Assembly: GCF_001194135.2 (NCBI RefSeq)
Contig: NC_068994.1
Coordinates: 6,567,731-6,631,730, forward strand
DNA: 64,000 nt
Direction: 5' to 3'
Source: Octopus bimaculoides
Taxonomy: Eukaryota
The notes beneath the pieces were generated by a model, which was given only the letters and a program-made list of their open reading frames with translations, was not told the origin of the DNA and made no database searches. Shown piece by piece: positions 49,001 to 61,630 of this stretch; positions within the stretch are counted from its first letter, which is position 1, and the number at the start of each line of letters is the position of its first letter. The position numbers and the translations under genes are program-made.

Positions 49001-50310
49001 CCCTTTTATTAAGTCCCATCTTCCTTCCTTTTCTTCTTCTGTCCTTTTCTCTCTTTCTTCTTTTGAATATTTCTTTCTCTGTTTGTCTTCGTTTCTGTCT
49101 AGTTTAGGATCATCGAATCGTGGCGTGTCTTTGATTTCAGTTGCGAGCGTTGTAAAAACAACACTATTAACAAACAAATATAAAGACACATACACACACA
49201 CACACACACACACGACTTGACAATCAACACACACACACATATATATTATACACACTGTCTTTTATTCCTCTGCTTAGCGATTTCTCTAAATACACAGCAA
49301 ATATTGTTGTGTATATGGTAATTATACACTATATGGTAATTATACACTAACTATAAAACAACAGAAATACTTTCATTGTATATGGTTTATTATTTTGGTT
49401 CCTTAACTTCAAGTGATCTCTGATCAAGCAGCTCTATATTCATAGACATTTCAGCCGTGACCATCCAATCTTTATTATTATTATTATTATCATCATTTGC
49501 AGACGAGTGTCGTTTATTTTAATAGGGTTAGATGCAATTTCAGGGTATTTGGTTACTTTTTCTAGCAGACCAAGGAAGTGACTACGGTGGAGATAGATTC
49601 TTTAATTGGTTCGTTGGTCGTTCATTCGAAGTAAATAAACATATCTTCTTCTGTTCGTTCGTTCGCAAGCAACACTCGAACTCCCGCCTTTAAAAGGCCT
49701 GTTTATTGTTTTTGTTACCGCCTTTAGATCGATCGTAGTGTCTCAATCAAACACAACCAAGGCCAGACCAGGTTTGTTGTTGTTTTGTTTTCGTCTTTCC
49801 ATACTTCAATTGATCTTTCACTCCCCCCCTCTCTCTCTCTTTCTTAACGACTGTTAACAAATTCCTCGTCACTTAGATGAAATGAAGCCAGCACAGACTT
49901 AAACCTAAATAATAACATTTATGATTCGAAACTGGGAACTTTATAGTGTTCTCTTTCTCTCTCTCTCTCTCCACACACATACATATGTAACGTCGTCTTT
50001 GCAACCACATAGCCGCCCCCTTGGGTAATCATTGCACTGGGCCCTGCAGCAAGCTACAACATATATAGATCAAAACTGGGCCCCTGGACAACTGCCCAGT
50101 GCGTCCCTGTCTGAAGACGGCATCGCGCGCGCACACACACACACACGTAACTATAATTTGCATTTTGTTTCCTAACAAGTTTTTCAGGGACAAACAAGAA
50201 TAAAACAAAAACACACACAAAAAAAAAACGTATGTTCGATTCGAAACTGGAAACTTTTTATAAAAATAATTCTGACTATCCAAATGGTCTTTATATAGTA
50301 TTGTGATAAC

Positions 50311-50342
<32 letters not shown>

Positions 50343-50691
50343 AGAAAGAATGTATGTGTGGGCGCGCACATTCACCCCGTGTATATAACAGTATGTCTGC
50401 ATTCTGTTTATACTGTCTTTACTTGCGTGCGCGCACATACACATACATATACATACATACATACATGCACGCAGATACGTGTGTATGTGTATGGTTGCTA
50501 AGTTCTGTGTGTGTTTGTATCCATATGTATATGTTATGTTGTTTGTTTGCTAGCCTTGCACAAAAGTATAGCAAGCTGTTATTAGCTTCTTGTAAGTGCG
50601 CGTGTGAGAGAGCATGCGTGTGTTGTGTTGCATTTGCGCGCTTATATAAGCGTATCGAGTCACACCAAGGCAACTCGTAGTGACACATACA

Positions 50692-50723
<32 letters not shown>

Positions 50724-51582
50724 GCACATACATTTACTCATAGTCACATAATACGGAAACAAAGGCAAACTGCTCGTATATGGTCCACATACACACACAG
50801 ACACTTGATGACACATACAAACAAAAATGCATATTCGCAAACACCCATCCTACACCAGACGCACGCACATGCATAAAGATACACATGCACACATGCGCGC
50901 ACTCACACACACACACACACAAACACATAGGCTTTCGCTATCCGAACTGAATACAAGCATACGCACGCGAGTTGTAGCTCGACCTGCGAAGAATAGCAGC
51001 CACATTTCCCTAAAATAATCTCAAACTCTGTATCTCAAATACGGGAAGGACACATTGCGTAATATACCTTTCTGAATATCTTGCAAAAAAACGGTATGGT
51101 CACTTCTGGCATGCATTTGATCCTAGTTCTGGTCGACTTATGGTTAAATAAAATCTGGCATACACATACTCGACTTGTTGGGAATAGCAGCCAGGAAGAA
51201 GGACACAATGAGTACTATACCCCTACATATCTCGAAAAATGACAATATGGTCACGGCTGTCATAGCATTGATCTTACTTCTGCTCGAAGTGGGTCGACTG
51301 CGGGTTAAATAAAATCGAGCACGCACACACACACACGCACTGACTGTGGCTTGCATATACATACAGTGACAAGCATACGCTGCACAGTCACACGATGCAG
51401 GCATATTTACAGAGAGAGAGAAATGACACACGGGTATATATTGTACTGGAGAGGAGCAGTGCATGTGTACGCATGAGTCCACAGACAAAATGACACACAC
51501 GCACACTAATAGTAACGAAATTCATTCACACCACATTCACAACATATATATGTGTATATATAGTGGCAAGAAACTCTCAAGA

Positions 51583-51659
<77 letters not shown>

Positions 51660-52082
51660 CATAGACATATATATGTATATATATATACATAGACATATGT
51701 ATGCATATATATATATATATATGTACATATTTATATATATATGTATGTGTGCGTGTGTGTTAGGTGGAGAAATGTAGTTTTAATTGAGGTCTGAGGACAT
51801 CTTTCGGTCGGCTTTACTCAGAGTTTCGTATGGATCACATATCAAACTCGAGAACACTTAGTTACAGATTACTTTTTTCTCTCTCCTCCCCCCTCCCACA
51901 TCCCTCCCCTGTAAATTCAAGTACATGACACACACACGCATACACACACACGCACGCACCAGGTGTTTTGCAAGAACACATCTTGTTTTTATTCTGCCTG
52001 TTTGCTACGTTGCAAACATCACCCATTCCCCCCCACCGCCACTTCCTCCTATTATGTCTCTCTCTCTCTGTCTCTCTCTTCC

Positions 52083-52118
<36 letters not shown>

Positions 52119-52554
52119 AGTCATTTTTGTCTCCTTCCATCCTTGGTGTTGTTGCCTGACAGTGAAAGAAGAAGAAGAAGAAAGCCATCGAAATTTGTTA
52201 CGTTAATAGTAATTTACTAGTTTCTTGGAGACGTGTGAGAGAGAGATTTTATAGGAGAGTGTGTGTGAGAGACAGAGATTTCATAGGAGAGTGTGTGAGA
52301 GACAGAGAGAGAGAGTTGACAAGTCTTTTTCACATCTCTCTCTCTCACACACGGTCTTTCTCTCTCTGTATCACACTCGCCTTCTGTTACTTGGACCGAA
52401 ATGTCCGCAGTTCGAATCGTGGTGTATCCCCCTACCATTTTCTGTTGCCATTATCTTGTTTTTTGTTTTGTTTTGTTTTGTTGTTTTTTTTTCTATACAA
52501 TTTCTTTGTTTTGCAAAGCGCCAAATGAAGAAACGGTGATGACGACGAAAAGAC

Positions 52555-52587
<33 letters not shown>

Positions 52588-52819
52588 AGAGAAAAAAAGA
52601 GGGGGGAGGAGAAATAAGTGGCTGGAAGCCAATGACTATTGAAGGAGTGGTGGTGGTGGGGGAGGGGGGACCAGAGAAAGAGAGAGAGAGGGAGAGAATA
52701 TTAGTTTAGGTAGGTGGGTAACAGACGAGTAGAGAGGCTTCCTCCACCACCGCCGCCGCCACTACGGTTTCATCTCTCCTCCTCCTCCTCCTCCCTCCTG
52801 TTGTTTTTGAGAAATCTGT

Positions 52820-53126
52820 TGTTGATGCTGTCGTGACTACAGCAGCTGCTGTTGCAGCTGCTGCTCAAACTTGTGTTATTTCTGTTGCTACTGCTGCTGC
52901 TGCTGTCAAGAACTGTTAGTATTGTTAGAGGTGGTGGTGTTGCCACAGCTGCTGTTCAGTAATAACAACAACAACAACAGTAACAACAACAACATCTGCT
53001 GTTGTTTTTGCAGACTTCACTGCTGTTGTTGTCACATATTCCTGCTGCTGCTGTTCCAGTTGTTGTTGTTTCTGCTGCTTAAACTGCAGTTGCTGTTATA
53101 ACTACTACAATTGCCGTTGCCGTTAA

Positions 53127-53160
<34 letters not shown>

Positions 53161-53560
53161 GCTGCCACCATTACTACGATTACCACTACTAGTGATGTTG
53201 TTGCTCTTATACTACTACTCTACTGCACAGAGAACTGCTGGTGGTGCTGCTGCTGTTGCCACTCTGCTGCACCTATAACTGCCGCCGCCGCCGCCGCTGT
53301 TGTTATTGTTGTCTTCGGTTACAACAACAACAGCAACAACTACCGCCGCTACTACTTCACTGCAACCACTACCATGCTATCACCGTTACAGTGCTTACTG
53401 TTGTTGTTTCTATCACGACGACGACGACCACCACCACCACCACCACCATTTCTGCAGTTGCTGTTGTTAGCACCATCATCACCACCACCACCCGTCACCA
53501 CTACCACCAACACCACCACCACCACCATTGCTGCTGATGTTGCTCTAATTTATTTTGCTA
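52820..53560. repeat. Mosaic trinucleotide low-complexity tract (GCT/CTA/ACA/ACC)
   Basis: Direct reading. The short ORFs here are low-complexity only. Confidence 0.85.
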
Positions 53561-55363
53561 AGATGTTGTTATTCTGTTGTTGTGTGTGAAGACAGTTGAA
53601 AACTCTAAAAGCGAAGGGACAAGCCCCATGCCTAGATAACATACATTTTCATCTTCTTTGTTTCAATGCTGACTTCTTTCCTGTTCAAACGTGGTTTCCT
53701 AAAAGAAGTGACATTAAACTGCAGTAGTTTTACAAAACGTAGACAGATAAGAACTCAAAGCAAATGGATCATCTCTCTGCTTTAGAGACTGTCTTATGTC
53801 CTACAGGAATATATATCATGGCATGAGGTAGGTTTAGTTTTTGCTATGTTGTTTTGTTTTTGTTTCGTTTCTTATAGTGTCTGATAAGAAAGGACATTGC
53901 CAACACACTCCGTACCCCACACACATACATATCATAGACTCATAGCTGAAGGGTGGGGAGTTTTGAGAGAGGGGGGGTTATATGCGTTGATTTTTATTTC
54001 CTGTCAACTGTGGATGGTAGACAACAAGTGGATATAAAACCTTCCTTTTACTGTAAACTCTCACTGATTTCTCTGAAAGAATTTGGCCTACGAGGGCATT
54101 GCATTTTGTGGGGGTAGTTACTTTGAATTACTCAATGCAGCAGCAGACTGCTCCCCCCACATCCCTGCTGCATCTGTTGTCTTTAGAAAGCAGGCCTCAT
54201 AGTAAGGCATATGTGTTTTGAATTTAAATTCTCAACCTCAAGATAGCATGCTTGGCATATAGTTAGGTTGACCCTGTCCTGTTTCTATGCGAGGTTGTGT
54301 TTCCCATTGAGCAGATGTGTTTTTGTGAAGGGCTGGAAGTGGTGGACACTGCTAATATGACAGTAATGCTTGTTTGTGTCAGTGGCATGGTGTCAAAACA
54401 GGGATAAACACACACACACACACACACATACATTTATATATGCGTGTGTGTTGTGTGTGAGTGTAAGTAGATGTTGTCATTGAATGTGTGGTATCCCTTT
54501 TCCAGTTCTCCGTGAAAATATGCCCAGTCATGAAGAAATATTAGCTTGCTGGAAAACAAGCAAGGGTTAGTGTCAGGAAGAGCATCAAACGACACAAAAT
54601 CTGCTTCTGTGAATTCTGTCTGGTTTATGCTACCACGGAAAAGTGGGTGTTAAAATGATACTAATGAAACGAGTCACAACTGAAACGGTGATCAAAGGGT
54701 TCATAAGTTGGGTGTTTCTAAGTCTTTGATGGTTTTTAAGGATCATAATTGCACTCTGGCTTTAGGGGTCCTAATATTACTATTTCGTCTGTCATTATGT
54801 TTTGAGTTCAAATTCTGCTGAGGTCAGCTTTGCCTTTCAACCTTTTGGGGTTGATAAATTAAGTACCAGTTGCATACTGGAGTCGATCTAATCGACTGCC
54901 TCCCCCCTCTTCCAAAATATCGGGCCTTGTGCCTAGAATAGAAAAGAATATTAATCTCTTGAGGTGGTGAGCTGCCAGAATCGTTAGCACGTCAGGCAGA
55001 ATGCTTAGCAGCACTGCGTCTGTCTTTGCAGTCTGAGTTCAAATTCTGCCCAAATCGACTTTGCCTTTCATCCTTCCAGGGTCAATAAAATACATTCAAG
55101 TTGAGCACTGTAATCGACTTACCCCACCCTCCCCTAAATTGCTAGCTTTGTGCCAAAATTTGAAACCAATATTAATCCCTTGAGGTAGGACACCCTGGCT
55201 GTCTTGGGGAATTTAAAGCAGTGTAATAGCAAATTGACCCCAGGACTTATTCTTTGTAAGTCTAGTACTTATTCTATCAGTCTCTTTTGCCAAACTGCTA
55301 AGTTACAGGGATGTAAACACACCAACATCGGTTGTCAGACAAACAGACACAAAAATACACACA

Positions 55364-55399
<36 letters not shown>

Positions 55400-57170
55400 G
55401 CTTTCAATTTCTGTCTACCAAATACACTCACAAGGTTTTGGTTGGCCTGAGGCTATAGTAAAAGACACTTGTCCAAGGTGCCATGCAGGGGGCTGAACCC
55501 AGAACCATGTGGTTGGGAAGAAAGCTTCTTACCACACAGCCACTCCTCAAGTACTGGGGTTGATTTGCTAAACTAAAAGCCCTTCAAAGCTATACCCCAG
55601 CATGGACATAGTCCAATGATTGAAACAAGTAAAAGATTATAGAGGCTGTCATTTTGATTAGGCCTAATCAGAGCTATTGTAACTCCATTATAGGCCCCTC
55701 TCTACAAGGTCCCTTACACATTCAACTACAGCATAAATAAATTAGCATTAGGCCCCTAGACCTGTGAAGTACCTAGTGTAGCTATGCTTTAAGACAGTGC
55801 TGGGCATAGCAAATTGGCATTTTATCCTTCTGATCCTAACCCTATCTTAAAGATCAATGGTTTATATCCTATCAGTAGAGCTATCTTAAAATGTAATTTT
55901 ATTTTGAATGGTCCAGTCTACTTGGCTGTAAAGAGATACTCTGGTGAAGTACAGGTCATATCTGTTAGCACAACAATTACCACTTAACTAACTAGTATCT
56001 TTTGTTAGCTGGCAATGCTGACTTTAACCTTTTTCATACCAATCTGCTTGAGACCACCTCTAGTTCTCAGACACAAACTTTTTTGTATCTAAGCAACCTA
56101 AATTCAAATCTTCCTCCAAAATTTCATGTTAATTTATTTGTAAACAGCTTAATAATGACACAGTTATCTTACTAAATTCCTCATTATTTTCGAAATTAAT
56201 TAAAAACAAAGGCAGCCTATTTCAACAGAAATATGATAACAAAAGAGTTAAAGCAATCTAAATTTAAACCTTTCATCAAAATTCCATGCTAATTTATGTT
56301 CTTAACACCAGCTTAATTACGAAAAAGTTATTTTACTAACGACTTCCTTATTTTCAATATTAATTGAGACAAAGACAGTGTATACTTCGACAGAAATATG
56401 GTAAATTCTCTCACACACCTGGAGTTTTGTGAGTGCCCCCAATTTACTGGATTATAGGGCACTAGCTATAAGATGATTCTTCACAGTTTTGCAAAGCCGG
56501 TTGTTAGTGTTTGGAAAGAAGTGTGGAAATTCTCAGAATAGATAGCTACATGCATGCACACCCATACAAGACTAAGCACCAAGGGATGTTGTTCAGGGAC
56601 AGGTCAGCTTCGATCAAGCGGATCCATTGTTTAAGATATTCCAACCAAAACCTTTCCTATTTTGTGCATACTTTTATCTAGAACTACATTATTCTATTTG
56701 TCCTTTTTTTTTGTAAGATGTTGGAGTAAAATCTGACTGCTATTTCTAGCAGATTGAGCATCCATGTAAAAGCTCAACACAACTAAACTGTTCAAAAGAG
56801 CAAAGGAACCGGTATTAAGGAAGGGTAAGAAAATATTAGATTTATAAGCCCTAAAATTCACTCTATAATTGCCCCTTTTGGGATTCATAGTCTTACTAGT
56901 ACTGGTGATATAAGAAAAAAAGCTCCTAGTACATGCTGTGGAGTGGTGGTTGTTAGGAAGAACATCCAGCCATAGAAGCCATACCAGAGCAGACACTAGA
57001 CCACAATGCAATCTTTGGACCCATTGAATCCTGTCATACCATTCAATCTATGTCAGCATGGAACATAGGCTTTGACTCATTAACTGCCATGGCCTGTTGC
57101 TGGAACTTTCCCATGATGCCACATGTTTCATGTGGTCACACCACATACTGTTTGATTACAAGGGAATGTA

Positions 57171-57214
<44 letters not shown>

Positions 57215-57833
57215 AATGTTTCATAGTCAACCCTTTAGTGTTCGCATTATTCTGCCAAAATTAATGCTTTTTTATCCACATTGTTTTGAACTAATCAAGC
57301 ATTATCTTGTAGCTATGAGATCTTGATCATCATCATCATCATCATCATCATCGTTTAACGTCCGCTTTCCATGCTAGCATGGGTTGGACGATTTGACTGA
57401 GGACTGGTGAAACCAGATGGCTACACCAGGCTCCAATCTGATTTGNNNNNNNNNNTAATGCTTTTTTATCCACATTGTTTTGAACTAATCAAGCATTATC
57501 TTGTAGCTATGAGATCTTGATCATCATCATCATCATCATCATCATCGTTTAACGTCCGCTTTCCATGCTAGCATGGGTTGGACGATTTGACTGAGGACTG
57601 GTGAAACCAGATGGCTACACCAGGCTCCAACCTGATTTGGCAGAGTTTCTACAGCTGGATGCCCTTCCTAACGCCAACCACTCAGAGAGTGTAGTGGGTG
57701 CTTTTACGTGTCACCCGCACGAAGGCCAGTCAGGCGGTACTGGCAACGGCCACGCTCAAAATGGTGTATTTTATGTGCCACCCGCACATGAGGTAGCTGT
57801 TAATTTTATAAACGATATTGTAGGGCCAACCCT

Positions 57834-58057
57834 GAGGACTGCATTGTGCTCCAGTGACTGTTTCGGCATAGTTTATATAACCACTAAGCCACATGCCTTT
57901 ACACGAGAAGTAGGGGGTCGTGTTGTATATTTTATTGATGTTAGCAAAATTTGTGGGATATGTGCTTCCTTGAGGTCAAACTTCATTTCATGCACTGCAC
58001 TCAGCTGTAAATGAATCCCAGTAATAGACAGGAAGTTAACCCTGCAAGGGACTAGCA
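57834..58057. repeat. 224-bp segment present as an inverted copy at 60812-61035
   Basis: Hand alignment gives about 10 mismatches, several at CpG/TpG. Confidence 0.9.
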
Positions 58058-58519
58058 GATCTGGCCATTTTGAACATAAAACAGGCAGAATACTTTTGGC
58101 CGGATGTGGCCGGTTTAAATGCTAAAGGGTTAAACTTTAATATTTAGAGAGTAAAATATATTCTCAAATTATGAAATTACGAAGATTGCATATGGTGGTT
58201 AACATATCAAATGAGGATGAGAGAAAAATAACACGCTCAAGGTTGAAGTTTGTTTTGTCTGTAAACTGAAAGATACCTGCTAATTTCTACAAGATTCTTG
58301 CATCTAATCTCTGATTGCTGTTATCTCGCCACCATATGTCTTCAACTCTTTGTTTTTGTTTTTACACATACTTTCAATTTTATATCTATTTTAATTTGAG
58401 CACCACTCCTAATTTATTAATCCTAATTTTTTTGCCTTCATTTCTTTTACTTGTTTGTCTCTTTCTTTCTCCTTTTTTACTACATCCAAATTTTTCAGTT
58501 TGCTTCTATCCCAGTCTGT

Positions 58520-58920
58520 TCAATTTTGTCTCAATTTTTCTCTTTATCTTTGTATCTCAATTTCTTAACATATTTTGTCCCAATTTCTCTCCACAATCTT
58601 GTTTTGTCCCAATTTGTTCTTCAATCTTAACTTGTCCCAATTTCTCTGTCTTATCTTATTATGTTGTCCCCTTTTCTCAGTCTGTCTTAGTTTGTCCCAA
58701 TTCCTCTGTCTATGTTATTTTGTCCCAATTTCTCTATCAGCCTATTTTGTCCCATTTCTCTATCAGCCTATTTTGTCCCAATTTATCTATTTCATCCTAA
58801 TTGCTTTTTTCGTTCTACTTTGTCCTAACTACTGCATCTACCCTATGTCATTCTCATTGTTACTTCTACTATAATTATTTTATCTGTCCTAATTTCCCTG
58901 CTAGATTTGTCCCAATTTTC
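58520..58920. repeat. Degenerate ~25-30-bp minisatellite with core TTGTCCCAATTT
   Basis: About 10 recurrences of the core in pyrimidine-rich sequence. Confidence 0.75.
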
Positions 58921-58983
58921 CCTTTCTTATTCTAAATACCTCTTTTAAATTTTTCACAGACAACTGGGATGACTATTTTTAGA

Positions 58984-59207
58984 TTATTTACATTATTTAC
59001 ATTCGACAGATATTTTGTCCTCATCTTGTTTGTTGTTAACACAACGTTTCGGCTGATATACCCTCCAGCCTTCATCAGGTGTCTTGGGGAAATTTCGAAC
59101 CTGGGTCCTCATTCCTAAGGTATTTTTCAATGTTGTTGTTATTATTATTATTATTATTCAGGTCACTGCCTGGAATCTTGGGGTTAGTAGCCTGCGCTCT
59201 TAACCAT
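58984..59207 (-). mobile_element. Short retroposon with tRNA-like head, (AAT)n linker, hammerhead motif and short-repeat tail
   Basis: Minus strand: TGGTTAAGAGCGCAGGCTACTAACCCC head (B box apparently deleted), AATAATAAT linker, ribozyme fold, then an ATGTAAATA x2 tail. Confidence 0.6.
59038..59083 (-). ncRNA. Minimal type-I hammerhead ribozyme (Penelope-type)
   Basis: GACAC CUGAUGA A GGCUG(gaggguauau)CAGCC GAAAC GU U GUGUU: intact catalytic core, 5-bp stem II, stem I GACAC/GUGUU, and stem III reduced to palindromic ACGU. Confidence 0.7.
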
Positions 59208-59745
59208 TGTAATATCTATTTCTAGATTTAAAAGTTTGAAGAAGATGGTTCTCGTCGCTTGTACTGGCTGTTTTATAATTTCCATTCTCGTAGTTCCTTA
59301 ACTTCCATGTCTGTTATATGTGTATGCATCGCAAAAGAAGCATGGTCGCAGTTCAGTGACTGAAACGAGTGAAGGGTAAAAGATGAATGGTTCCTTGCAG
59401 CTATAATAGATGTCGTGCAGTTTGAGCAAGTGCAAGCTCTGGTGCATATTGTTGTTATTTAATTGGGGGTGAACTGCACTGGAAACGGTTATGAGGGGTG
59501 TGTCTAGAGTGGAAGTTATGTAATGGGCCGCTCGGATGATGCAGCTGCTGCAACTGCAGTTTGAATGGGGTGGCGGTGGTGACAGCGGCAGTGCTTGTGC
59601 GGGTGGTGGTGGTGGTGATGTCAGTGTTGGTGGCGGCGACAGTAGCAGTGGTGGTGGTGGCAGCGATGGGCTGCGGTAGATGTTGTGCAACTGACCACTC
59701 GGTCACTTGTAAGGAGCTAGTACTGTGTCTGTTTGGGCATTATAG

Positions 59746-60340
59746 TTGTCCGGTGAAGGTGAAGATGATGATGATGATGATATAGCTATGATTGCTAACA
59801 AGAAGAATGGGGATAGTAATGATGATGATGGTGAAGATGATGACAGTGACGATGTTGATGATGGTGATGATGACACCGATGGTGATGATGGTTATGAAAA
59901 CGATGATGATGATGATGATGCAGATTGTGTTGATGATGGTGATGATGATGTACATTGTAATTATAATTATTATGATGACCATGAGGGTGTTTGCTGGGGG
60001 GTGGGGGGTAGTAATAATAATAGTGATGACCATGATGTTAGTGATGATGATATTGCAGCCTCTGGTAATGCTGGTTATGATGATGATGATAATGTACATC
60101 ATGATTATAATTATTATGATGATTGTGCAGATCATCGTGACGACTGTTGTAATGATAATTGCGGTGATGGTAAATGACAATGATGCTAATGATTGTAATG
60201 ATGAAGATGGTGGTAATAATGATGGTGGTAGTGGTGGTGGTGGTGGTGGTGATGATGATGACAATGATGATGATGATGATGATGATGATGATAATGATGA
60301 TCTCATTAACAAGAAGCAAAAATTCATTCTTGTGTGAGAG
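59746..60340. repeat. Degenerate (GAT)n/(GGT)n low-complexity tract
   Basis: Direct reading. Confidence 0.9.
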
Positions 60341-61432
60341 GAGTAATTAGTAATCAATCACATTTCTGCAGATTAACTAAACTATTCCTCAATTTCCAGC
60401 TTTGCTCCTTCCCCCTCTCCCCATCAACCACCACCACCATCACCACTACATTTCACCTTTTTTTTTTCTACAATTTTTTTTTTTTGTAGCATGTTTTTTG
60501 CACCCAGCTAATTAAAGGTGCACCCAGAGTAGTATGCCACACCTTTAACGAGATGAACCCTTCCAATGTGGATTTTTGTTTTTTGTTTTTTTTTGTGACA
60601 CCACTTCCTTCACTGCTACATCTGCCACCACCTCACCACAAACCACAACTCTACAAGAGATACCATAAACACATCCCTACATGTGCTATTTCATTGCTGC
60701 AATCTCACCTCAAGCACCACCACTCAACTACAGCCCCTGCTACCTGACTATAACACCACCACAGCCATCATAACATCATTTTCAGCTTTTTTCACTCAAC
60801 CCTGGATGGGATGCTAGTCCCTCACAGGGTTAACTTCCTGTCTATTACTGGGATTCATTTACAGCTGAGTGCAGTGCATGAAATGAAGTTTGACCTCAAG
60901 GAAGCGCATATCCCACAAATTTTACTAACATCAATAAAATATACAATATGACCCCCTACTTCTTGTGTAAAGGCATGTGGCTTAGTGGTTATATAAACTA
61001 TGCCAAGACAGTCACTGGAGCACAATGCAGCCCTCGGACTTGTTGGACCCTGTCAGGCCAAACAATCTATGCCAGCATGGAGAATAGATGTTAAATGGTG
61101 GTGGTGGCAGCGGCGGTGGCTTGCTCAAGGACACAACGCGTCGCCAGGAATTGAACTCTCAACCTTACGATCGTGAGCCGAATGCCCTAACCACTAAGCC
61201 ATGCATCTTCACATAACAGACATACATGCACACGGTATAACACATACACACGGTATAACACATACACACCGTATAACACATGCATGTGAACATATACAAA
61301 CTAATGCATATTTCTATTTTTCAAAATTATTTTACTATTATATAAACATGAATGAATACACAGACACACACACACACACATACGCATGTATGTATATAAT
61401 GCTATATAAAATTTTTTCCTGTTACTTTTCAG

Positions 61433-61548
61433 GGAAGTGGGTTTGAAGAACCAGTGAAGTTAACAATTGCAAGGAAATCTTCCTCCAGTTCATATCAGTC
61501 CTGACAGAGAAAGCCAGAAGTGTGAGACAGTTATTTGGAGGAGACACA
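61433..61548 (+). other. Candidate upstream (probably 5'UTR) exon of the downstream ZNF gene
   Basis: Acceptor TTACTTTTCAG at 61432 and a GT at 61549, followed by a poly-T tract and AG at 61619, just before the ATG at 61631. Confidence 0.35.
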
Positions 61549-61572
61549 TGTGAATATATTTAAAAAAATCTT

Positions 61573-61612
<40 letters not shown>

Positions 61613-61630
61613 AATAAAGAAAGAACAACA

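Noticed and set aside
57601-58014. Recurring [33 protein letters not shown] (also 17866-18054, 29272, 32133-32357, 33177-33728)
   Set aside because: Comes from the family C retroposon consensus, not a gene family.
59746-60177. Asp-rich 143-aa ORF and overlapping Met/Ile-rich ORFs
   Set aside because: Translations of a degenerate (GAT)n microsatellite, with no domain or splice support.
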